NCBI GenBank assembly: GCA_965222115.1
Contig: CBDCTJ010000007.1
Location: 1,792,001 to 1,856,000 of the forward strand
Direction of reading: 5' to 3'
Length of the DNA stretch: 64,000 bases
Source of the DNA: Planctomycetota bacterium
GTDB lineage: Bacteria; Planctomycetota; PLA2; JAEUHO01
Position numbers and translations under genes: made by a program. The notes under the pieces are model-generated. The model worked only from the letters and a program-made list of their open reading frames with translations. It was not told where the DNA came from and ran no database searches. This document shows positions 46,757 to 54,879 of the stretch, in pieces (position 1 is the stretch's first letter; each line of letters begins with the position of its first letter).

Positions 46757-47218
46757 TCACTCCTTGATCGGCCACACAATCCTCGTCAGTAGCTCTTCTG
46801 CGGGCGTGACGGAACAGTCGGAGTGGTACTCCTCCCAGGGAGCCACGCCTTGCTCACCTTCTGCGGAGGCGTGGCCATTGGCTTCAAGCCACTGCTTGAA
46901 CTCGGTCCACGCGCCGGGAAGGCCTTCGTAGGAACCGATGTAGTCGGCAACGACTGCGCGACCGCCGGGGAGGGAGCCTGCTGTGCACTCGCCTTCTGGA
47001 TTCAGTGGTTGCTTGACGGGCACACACACTTCCATGTCGCCCGCGTCGTTTTCCCATGCGTGCCAGCGCGAAATGACGGGGCCGTCCATATGCTCACCGG
47101 CGGCGGCCATGATGGTGGGCATGACTTGGCCGATAACTTCGCCGATTTCGGCTTGCTTGACGGTTCTGCGAATGCCGACTGTGTGACGTGCTTGGATCTC
47201 TTGTATGGATGGCTTCAT
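46757..47218 (-). CDS. GyrI-like effector-binding domain protein
   Basis: VGIRRTV, MEVCVPV, LPGGRAV..YIGSYEGL..AW, PWEEY, TRIVWPI. Confidence 0.88.
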   Translation of the reverse strand: MKPSIQEIQARHTVGIRRTVKQAEIGEVIGQVMPTIMAAAGEHMDGPVISRWHAWENDAGDMEVCVPVKQPLNPEGECTAGSLPGGRAVVADYIGSYEGLPGAWTEFKQWLEANGHASAEGEQGVAPWEEYHSDCSVTPAEELLTRIVWPIKE

Positions 47219-47419
47219 GGGGGCGAGCCTACTCGTTTGGGATACACAACACAATTCTCGTACGCATTGGTGCCGCTCGATTCGATTTTCTTTTCGGAGG
47301 TTTGGGCGTCAGAACGGCGATTCGATGACCGTATTGATTTTCGTCAAATACAATGAACTGGCTGTAACGGCCCATGGAGAGTACGAGGCGCGGCTTTGAC
47401 GCATGAAACACCAGTAGGA

Positions 47420-48340
47420 ATGAGGGTGGGGCTCGCACTACTCGTTGTGCTCGCCGGAGCTTTGTGTGTCTTTCTGTATGTGAGTCTGGTGGATTCTGGG
47501 GAGCAGTCTGGTACGAGCGCAGAAGTTCCCGAGGACGTGTCCTTACGTACGTGGCGAAACGTGTCTCCAAGCCAAGCAGAGGCAGCGTCGCGACTCGGCA
47601 TTCCCGCGGCATTTGAGAATTCATTAGGGATGCGATTCGTCTTGATTCCGCCCGGAACGTTTGACATGGGTTCGCCCGAGAACGAAGTGGGGCGCGACGA
47701 TGACGAATCGCTGATTAGCGATGTGGTCATAAAGCACCCTTTCTATCTTCAGATTACAGAAGTAACGAACGCTCAGTGGCGCGCTTTCGACGCCCATCAC
47801 GTTGGCACGTTTTCCGGTCCGAACCAGCCCGTGGACTCCGTGTCCTATCGAAATGTTGTGGGAACTGGTAGTGATCGTAAGCGCGGATTTCTACGGTGGC
47901 TGAATGACCGGCTCATGTCTCCCGAAGAGCCCGTAGGTATCGTGTACACGCTACCAACCGAAGTGCGTTGGGAGTACGCGTGCCGGGCGGGAACGACAAC
48001 GCCGTTTCATTTCGGCGAAACCATCTCTACCGAACAAGTGAACTTCGCCGGGGACGCGATCTTTGGCACTGTCGCAGCGCATGGATACCGTGAACGTACA
48101 TTAGACGTGGGAAGCTTCTTGCCCAACGCGTGGGGTCTCTATGACATGCACGGCAATGTTTATGAATGGTGTCAACTGTCATTGAGCTACGACTCGCAAT
48201 CCGTCCCAGGGTATGCCGTTATGCGCGGTGGATCATGGTGTAGCTACCTCCAGCACGTGCGAACGGCCAATCGTCGCAAGTTCCTCTCGCACGTTCGCAC
48301 GGACTGTTGCGGCTTTCGTGTGTGTGCTGAGATTCGATAG
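47420..48340 (+). CDS. SUMF1/formylglycine-generating enzyme-like domain protein, membrane anchored
   Basis: IPPGTFDMGS, TEVTNAQW, LPTEVRWEYACRAG, PNAWGLYDMHGNVYEWC, RGGSW, GFRV. Confidence 0.92.
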   Translation: MRVGLALLVVLAGALCVFLYVSLVDSGEQSGTSAEVPEDVSLRTWRNVSPSQAEAASRLGIPAAFENSLGMRFVLIPPGTFDMGSPENEVGRDDDESLISDVVIKHPFYLQITEVTNAQWRAFDAHHVGTFSGPNQPVDSVSYRNVVGTGSDRKRGFLRWLNDRLMSPEEPVGIVYTLPTEVRWEYACRAGTTTPFHFGETISTEQVNFAGDAIFGTVAAHGYRERTLDVGSFLPNAWGLYDMHGNVYEWCQLSLSYDSQSVPGYAVMRGGSWCSYLQHVRTANRRKFLSHVRTDCCGFRVCAEIR

Positions 48341-48367
48341 GCACGATGCACGTCGCGTCCGCGTTGT

Positions 48368-49414
48368 CTACCCCTCGAGTTTCTCCACGCGCGCTTTCAA
48401 GCGCCGTATGTCCTTTAGTAAGGCCGGCAGCTTTCGAACGGCTGCGAATTGACGTCCCATTTCCCGCAACTCGGCCGCAGGAGCACCGGCATACTGTTTG
48501 CCACCCGGCAGATCGTCGATGATGCCCGCTTGGGCGGCGACTTGGGCGCGGTCACCAACCGAAATGTGACCCGCCATGCCGACTTGACCACCCATGATGA
48601 CATTGTTGCCAACTTCGGCGCTTCCTGCGAGGCCAACCTGGCCGCAAAGCAACGTATTGTTGCCGACACGTGAGCCGTGACCGATTTGTACAAGGTTGTC
48701 GATGCGTGAACCGTTGCCAACGACCGTTGTGCCGACAGCCGCGCGATCAATACAGGCGCCAGCCTGAACGTCGGTGTCGTCGCCGATGGTGACAGTGCCC
48801 ACCTGAGGAATGCGCTTCCACGTTCCGTCTCCAACCGGAGCGAAACCAAACCCGTCACCGCCAATGACGACGCCACTTTGAATGATGGCGCGCGCGCCGA
48901 CGGTGCACGCTTCGCGAATCGTCGCGTGGCTATGAACGATCGTGTCGTCACCAATTGCCACGCGCTCGTAGATCACAGCATGGGGGTGGAGCTGAACGCG
49001 TTCGCCCAACGTGACATGCTCGCCAAGTACCACATAGGCGCCGATGGTGACGCTGTCGGGGACTTCGCAGCTCTTAGGAACGATGGCCGTGGCGTGAATG
49101 CCAGGTGTTGCCGGTGATGTTGGATGAAAGAGTTCCAGTGCGTGTGCGAACGCAAGGTATGGATTCTCGATCGTGAGCGCGACCATACCGTCCGGAAGCT
49201 CGGCTTCGGCGTCGGGTGCGATCAATACCGCGCCTGCCTGAGAATCTTTGAGTTTGTTTGCATACACCGGATTGTTGAGAAACGTGACCTCGGTCTTCGT
49301 GGCTCGCTCAATGCTGCTGACATCCGTAATGTGTAGATCGCTCGACGTGGCGAGTTTGGCGCCGAGTTGCTCGGCAAGCTCAGCGATGGGGATCGTGCGG
49401 GGTATGGCCGACAT
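48368..49414 (-). CDS. lpxD: UDP-3-O-(3-hydroxyacyl)glucosamine N-acyltransferase
   Basis: NPYLAFA, hexapeptide repeats, GGDGFGF, IPQVG, IDRA, IDNLVQIGH. Confidence 0.96.
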   Translation of the reverse strand: MSAIPRTIPIAELAEQLGAKLATSSDLHITDVSSIERATKTEVTFLNNPVYANKLKDSQAGAVLIAPDAEAELPDGMVALTIENPYLAFAHALELFHPTSPATPGIHATAIVPKSCEVPDSVTIGAYVVLGEHVTLGERVQLHPHAVIYERVAIGDDTIVHSHATIREACTVGARAIIQSGVVIGGDGFGFAPVGDGTWKRIPQVGTVTIGDDTDVQAGACIDRAAVGTTVVGNGSRIDNLVQIGHGSRVGNNTLLCGQVGLAGSAEVGNNVIMGGQVGMAGHISVGDRAQVAAQAGIIDDLPGGKQYAGAPAAELREMGRQFAAVRKLPALLKDIRRLKARVEKLEG

Positions 49415-49776
49415 GATGGCTCCGTATCTGCTAGCCCGGATGTTGCACGAAGCGCGCGTCTGGGGCAATGCAAGGAGTTGTGGTTTGGCGACTTGTGATC
49501 GAACTCCATGCGAACGAAGAATGACAAGGTGTTCTCGGTGAGGATTCGGGTTCAAGCTCGAAGCGGTGGTTCCGAGGCGATGCCAAAAGCATCGCTGAGC
49601 GGTTCTCCGCAATGAGATTGGGGACGAAGACCAGCGAGAACCGCGCGATTTACCTTGGTTCGTGCAACATCCGGGCTAAGCTCAGACACGCGGGTGTCGC
49701 GGGAAACCATACGCGGGAAATGCGTCACTGAGGTGTGTTCCTCTCCCACACCGTCCGGGGTGATAGGCTGCGCACA

Positions 49777-50436
49777 ATGGTCGATCCAGCCGCCCCACAG
49801 AGCCCGCCCGCTGAGCCGCGCGACAGGCACGATTTGATTCGCCTGGCGGTGGGTTTTTACGGACTCGTGCTGCTCTTTGCCGTGGGATACGCGCTCTTCA
49901 GCAAGCACCCCATGAGCGTACTGCTGGGCGAGAACGCTCCCACGGTGCTCCACATCCTTGCCGCCGTTGGCCTCGGACTCGTGATTGTTGGGCTCACGCG
50001 CGTGGCCATGCGCATGTGGTCGAGTGTGGACGAGGCGTCGCGCATCTTGGCGAGCATCATCGGCCCGCTCACTTGGAAGCAGGCCATTATCCTCGCGGCG
50101 GTTTCTGCGATCGGCGAGGAAGTGCTGTTTCGCGGTGCCCTTTTCGCTACCCTCGGTTTCATCGGGAGCAGTCTGCTTTTCGGTCTGGTTCATGTCGTGC
50201 CGCGGCGAGCCCTATGGATGTATCCCGTCTTTGCGGCTGGCGCAGGCTTTGTGTTGGGTTTGTTGCGCGACGGTACCGGCAGCATCATTCCGCCCATCAT
50301 CACGCACTTTGTGGTTAATGCGATCAACCTTCATTTCTTGGGGTCCTTGGTCGCAAAGGACGGCACAGCAAACGAACCGGAAACACCCGAGCCCGCGAAC
50401 GATTCAAGCGACGGTGATTCGAAGGATCCTGCGTGA
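49777..50436 (+). CDS. CPBP family intramembrane glutamic endopeptidase
   Basis: EEVLFRG, FGLVH, PIITHFVVN; several TMs. Confidence 0.9.
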   Translation: MVDPAAPQSPPAEPRDRHDLIRLAVGFYGLVLLFAVGYALFSKHPMSVLLGENAPTVLHILAAVGLGLVIVGLTRVAMRMWSSVDEASRILASIIGPLTWKQAIILAAVSAIGEEVLFRGALFATLGFIGSSLLFGLVHVVPRRALWMYPVFAAGAGFVLGLLRDGTGSIIPPIITHFVVNAINLHFLGSLVAKDGTANEPETPEPANDSSDGDSKDPA

Positions 50437-51839
50437 ACGAGCCCACGAGCGAACGTCGCTCACCCGCGTTGCCCAAGCCCTCACTTTGGGATCACGTGCG
50501 CGTGTTTGGCCTGTTGATTCGATCCCTCGTTGAGGGTGTGCCGTATTTGCTCGTGTTACCGATCTGTGTACCGCTGCGGCTATGGTTGCGCAGCCGCACG
50601 CGAAAGAAACTGCGTAGCCGCGACCGCACCACATCGCTCGACGAACCGCCAACGATCGACGAGCTAGCGACGAGCCCAACCGTGTTTGTCGTTGTCGGTG
50701 AGGCGTCAGGTGACACACTGGCTGCACCACTCGTTGCAGACATCTTGCGTCGGGTGCCCCTTGCACGCATCCGTGGCTATGGCGGGCCCAAGTGTGAAGC
50801 CGCCGGGATGTGCGTGGACCGCGACATTACGAGTCATGCGGTGATGGGCACCTGGTCGGTGATTGCAACGCTCGGGGTGTGGTGGCGCATCTGTGTGGAA
50901 TTCTTGGCGATCCTTCGAACGGACACGCCCGATCTCCTGCTCACTGTTGATTTTCCCGGGCTCAATGGACGCTTTGCGCAGTGGGGTAAGAAGGCGGGCG
51001 TTCGAACCGTTCACATGGTGGCCCCGCAAGTGTGGGCCCACGCCCCATGGCGTGCGGGTCGTTGGCGGAGAGCCGTCGATCTCATGTTGAGCGTGTTTCC
51101 ATTCGAGCCCACACTTCATCGCGCGGGTGGTATGCGCAGTGTGTATGTGGGACATCCATTGTTCGAGGCGCCGCTCAGCTCGCCACGTACCGGCGAAACA
51201 CGCCCCACGCCAGGCGCCGCCGAGATCGAGTTGTGGCCTGGGAGTCGAAATCGCGAATTGCAACACCACGCGCGTATGACCTTTGATGCAGCCAAGGCAC
51301 TTCGCGAGCAATACGATGGGCTGCAGTTTTCGATTCGGCTTGCAAAGTCCGATCACAAGCGCTACTACGAATCGCTTGATGGCTTTGCCGCGGCGGCAGA
51401 CGGCGACGCATGGATTCGATTTGCCAAGGGCGACGAACCGCACACGCGACCACTGCTCGGTGCACTCGCGTGTAGTGGAACTGCGACAGCAGAACTCGCT
51501 GTAGCACTTGTGCCCACGGTCGTGTTCTATCGAATCAGTTGGTTGCAGCAGCTCGCGGCGTGGGGCTATTTGAATGCGCCGTGGTTCAGCCTGCCGAACG
51601 TCATCGCGGGCCGTGAACTTCTTCCCGAGCATCTCGTGGTGCGCTCATCGGGCGGAGCCGAGCTCGCCGCTTCGTTCATCGACAAGATTGCACCCGAAGA
51701 TCGTTGGCGCGAGGTCCGCCGCGAACTCACATCCATCCGCAACGAACTCGAAACCCATAACGTCACCCCCCGCGCTGCCGGATGGGTCTGCGCGGAACTA
51801 AACTCCACAATTGGTGCCGGGAGCGAATTGGTAAGTTAA
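50433..51839 (+). CDS. lpxB: Lipid-A-disaccharide synthase with N-terminal hydrophobic extension
   Basis: GEASGD, AVMG, VDFPGLN, PQVWA, FPFE, VGHPL, PGSR, SGTATAE, LPN. Confidence 0.9.
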   Translation: MNEPTSERRSPALPKPSLWDHVRVFGLLIRSLVEGVPYLLVLPICVPLRLWLRSRTRKKLRSRDRTTSLDEPPTIDELATSPTVFVVVGEASGDTLAAPLVADILRRVPLARIRGYGGPKCEAAGMCVDRDITSHAVMGTWSVIATLGVWWRICVEFLAILRTDTPDLLLTVDFPGLNGRFAQWGKKAGVRTVHMVAPQVWAHAPWRAGRWRRAVDLMLSVFPFEPTLHRAGGMRSVYVGHPLFEAPLSSPRTGETRPTPGAAEIELWPGSRNRELQHHARMTFDAAKALREQYDGLQFSIRLAKSDHKRYYESLDGFAAAADGDAWIRFAKGDEPHTRPLLGALACSGTATAELAVALVPTVVFYRISWLQQLAAWGYLNAPWFSLPNVIAGRELLPEHLVVRSSGGAELAASFIDKIAPEDRWREVRRELTSIRNELETHNVTPRAAGWVCAELNSTIGAGSELVS

Positions 51840-51888
51840 CAATTGGTGCCGGGAGCAAACGAGTGACCCACGACTTGGTGCCGGGAGC
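51811..51888. repeat. Three copies of TTGGTGCCGGGAGC at exact 32-nt period
   Basis: Copies start at 51811, 51843 and 51875, separated by two different 18-nt spacers. Confidence 0.9.
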
Positions 51889-51899
51889 GCATTGGGGAG

Positions 51900-52424
51900 T
51901 TAGAGGGCGTGGGCCGCGGTGCGGAGGAGGGAGATGGCTTCATCGCGGGTGGCGAGGGCGACGCGACCGAGGGCGCCGGCCATGACGCGGCAGAGTTCGA
52001 CGTCGAAGATGAGCGAATCGGCCTGCTCCTCTTGCATCATGGTAGTGAGTACGGGGAAACGTTGTTCGAGCCAGCGCAGGTAGGGAACAAACATGCCGTC
52101 GCCGCGTTCGAGATCGTCGGCGAGTTGTATGGCCCATGCCACGAGAAATGCGCGCAGTGGGCCGTCTTCAGAGGGCTCGCCCAGGGCTTGCAGCGTTGTG
52201 GCGAGATTGTCAAAGACCGATGCGCCCGCGCCGCTCCAGAGTTTTGTGGTGTGAAAGAATCCGCTGCCTCGTTCGCGCCAAAAGACAAGGGTGCGATAGA
52301 AGTGATACAGCGTTTGACCCACGAGACGTCGTTGTTCGTTTGTCCCGACAAGCAGACGCTTGAGTTCGTCGTCAAGCGCTTCGTTTGACGCGGCGGGATC
52401 CGAAGATGCATCGAAGGATGACAT
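51900..52424 (-). CDS. Hypothetical protein
   Basis: 174-aa helical ORF directly downstream of the uvrA-like gene. Confidence 0.65.
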   Translation of the reverse strand: MSSFDASSDPAASNEALDDELKRLLVGTNEQRRLVGQTLYHFYRTLVFWRERGSGFFHTTKLWSGAGASVFDNLATTLQALGEPSEDGPLRAFLVAWAIQLADDLERGDGMFVPYLRWLEQRFPVLTTMMQEEQADSLIFDVELCRVMAGALGRVALATRDEAISLLRTAAHAL

Positions 52425-52439
52425 ATAGCGTTTCTGTCC

Positions 52440-54854
52440 TCACTTTCGAGACGTGGCGCGCTTGCGGGGTGGTCCTTCGTAGATCACCGTTCCGCCTTCG
52501 TCCGCCGCGCCGGGTCCGAGCTCAATCTGCCAATCGGCAGCCGCGAGTAGCAGAGGATGATGATCGGCGGCGATCACCGTGCTGGTGGTGTCGGCCAGGT
52601 CGCGTAAGACCGTCACCAAATGCGCAACGTCTTTGGGGTGGAGTCCTGTACACGGTTCTTCCAGGAGGTAGAGGGTGTCACCGGGCGAGCCCTTCGCAAG
52701 GGAGGCCGCGAGCTTTAGGCGCAGCATCTCGCCGCCGGACAAGTGTGACGTGGGTTCCCCAAGCGCTGTGTACCCCAAGCCCACATTGTTGGCCGCATGC
52801 AGCGGGCGATGCACATTGGGAACATGCTTAAAGGTCTCCATGGCTTCTGCGATCGACATGTTCAACACATCAACTATTGTGTAGCCCTTGACTCGCACAC
52901 GCGACACTTCATCACGGAAGCGCGTGCCCTCGCACTCTTCGCAGGCGACGCGGAAGGATGGCAGCTGGCGCAACGAGACTTGCTGAACGCCGGATCCATT
53001 GCAAGCCGAGCATCGACCCTGTTTGGTATGGGGCGAAAAATAACTGGCCGTCCAACCCCGCGCGCGCGCTTCGAGCGTAGAGGCAAAAAACGTTCGCAGA
53101 TGGCCAAATACACCCAAGACACTTGCGGGTGTGGAGCGCGCGTGGCGCGTTGCCAATCCTTCGGCGACCGCAAGTCGCGTGGGAACTCGATCTAATTTGA
53201 GTGTGGGCGTACTCGTCGCGTCGCGCGTATCGAGAATGGTCCGTGTATGCCGACCAATCACGTGCCGAAGCAATGCCGACTTGCCTGCTCCACTGGGTCC
53301 TGTGATGACCGTCATGGCTCCCAAGGGGATCTTGCAATCGACGCGCTTGAGATTCTTCGCCGCTGCCCCGCGAACATGGATCCATTCCGCATGATCGGTA
53401 GCGCTTCGCGTCGATGTGACGAGTCCCATTTCCCGTCGTTGTTCCAAGTAGGCCTTGGATGTCCCATGAAACACAAGCTCGCCGCCAAGACGTCCTGCGC
53501 CCGGCCCCAACTCCACGACCGTGTCTGCGTGCGCCAGCATGCCAGGATCATGGTCGACGCAGATCACGGTGTTGCCTTCCTGAACCAACTCACGAAGTTT
53601 CTTCCAGAGCGGAAGTCGGTCGCGTTCGCTGAGCCCGGCCGCCGGCTCGTCGAGGAGAAAGAGCAGTCCGCTCATGCGCGACGAGCAGAGATTGATAAGT
53701 TCCGCGCGCCGACGTTCTCCACGCGAAAGCATGCTTGCGGCGCGTCCCATCGAGAGGCCGCCCATGCCGAGATCGCACAGAAAGCTGAGTCGCTCCGTGA
53801 GGTCGTGGCGGATGGGTGCAACCAGTGGTGCAGCGGCATCTTCAAGTTCACGAATCCACGTACGGAGTTGCGCTGCGGGCAGCGCGTCCAACTCCGGTAA
53901 GGTCCGACCGTTGAGTCGCGCAGCGGCGCCCACTGCGGATCGACGATGGCCATCACACGCCGGGCACGTCAACGCATCGTTGTCGTTCTCACCCTCAACA
54001 ACACCCAGACCTTCACAGGTTTCACATGCGCCTTGGGGACGATTGAAGTGAAACGTAGCCGGCGAAAGGGACGGGCGAAAGGCGTCACACGACGGGCAAA
54101 ACGGGCGCGTACTGTAGCGCGCTTCCGTTTCTTCACCCTCTGGCGACCTCGTACGACATACCACACGCTCGTTACCCAGCGAGAGTGCCTGATCGATCGA
54201 GGCGCGAAAACGATCTTCGGCACCCTCCGACACAATGAGTCGATCCACGATGGCTTCGACGGACTCGCTTGGTTGAATGGGTGCATCGATGTCGTCTACG
54301 CGAACTTCATGCTTGCCACCCAGTCGCACGCGCACAAGTCCCTGCTCGCGAACCTGCTCAAGCGCATCCGGTCCCTTGCCCATGGCGATCATGAGCCAAA
54401 TCTTGGTCCGTTCCGGGAGCGCCAGCAGGGCTTCGCCTATTTGACGGCGACCGGTTGCGGGTGTGGCCGTGCCACATACATGGCAATACGACTTTGCAGC
54501 TCGCGCGAACAAGTACTGAAGCCCACGGGCGATATCGGTGAGTGTTCCGAGCGTGTCGCGTGAACGACCGTGAGCATGTTTGGGCGCATAGAGAACGGCA
54601 GGGGGAAGTCCGTCGATGGCATCCACATCCGGCCTCGGCAACAAATCCACACCGCGCGTTGCATGACGTTGGGTGCCCGCAAAGCGTCGTTGCGACTCCA
54701 CCGCCAAGGTGTCGATCACAAGCGACGATTTTCCCGAACCCGACACGCCGCAGACAGCAATCCATGTGCCGAGAGGCAACTCGAGATCGAGGTCGCGAAG
54801 ATTGTGTGTCCGTGCGCCACGGATTCGAATCTGGGGGGATGGCGAAGAGGTCAA
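52440..54854 (-). CDS. uvrA: UvrA-like excinuclease ABC ATPase (short, divergent paralog)
   Basis: IRGARTHNL, GVSGSGKSSL, zinc fingers, GPGAG, GPSGAGKS, LSGGE; first signature LSRGE and second Walker B LEEP are deviant. Confidence 0.8.
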   Translation of the reverse strand: MTSSPSPQIRIRGARTHNLRDLDLELPLGTWIAVCGVSGSGKSSLVIDTLAVESQRRFAGTQRHATRGVDLLPRPDVDAIDGLPPAVLYAPKHAHGRSRDTLGTLTDIARGLQYLFARAAKSYCHVCGTATPATGRRQIGEALLALPERTKIWLMIAMGKGPDALEQVREQGLVRVRLGGKHEVRVDDIDAPIQPSESVEAIVDRLIVSEGAEDRFRASIDQALSLGNERVVCRTRSPEGEETEARYSTRPFCPSCDAFRPSLSPATFHFNRPQGACETCEGLGVVEGENDNDALTCPACDGHRRSAVGAAARLNGRTLPELDALPAAQLRTWIRELEDAAAPLVAPIRHDLTERLSFLCDLGMGGLSMGRAASMLSRGERRRAELINLCSSRMSGLLFLLDEPAAGLSERDRLPLWKKLRELVQEGNTVICVDHDPGMLAHADTVVELGPGAGRLGGELVFHGTSKAYLEQRREMGLVTSTRSATDHAEWIHVRGAAAKNLKRVDCKIPLGAMTVITGPSGAGKSALLRHVIGRHTRTILDTRDATSTPTLKLDRVPTRLAVAEGLATRHARSTPASVLGVFGHLRTFFASTLEARARGWTASYFSPHTKQGRCSACNGSGVQQVSLRQLPSFRVACEECEGTRFRDEVSRVRVKGYTIVDVLNMSIAEAMETFKHVPNVHRPLHAANNVGLGYTALGEPTSHLSGGEMLRLKLAASLAKGSPGDTLYLLEEPCTGLHPKDVAHLVTVLRDLADTTSTVIAADHHPLLLAAADWQIELGPGAADEGGTVIYEGPPRKRATSRK

Positions 54855-54879
54855 GGGCGCAGTCTAGCCGTCAACGGAA

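Noticed and set aside
51811-51888. CRISPR array
   Set aside because: Repeats of 14 nt and spacers of 18 nt are far below normal CRISPR sizes, there are only three copies, and there is no cas operon; kept as an unexplained repeat
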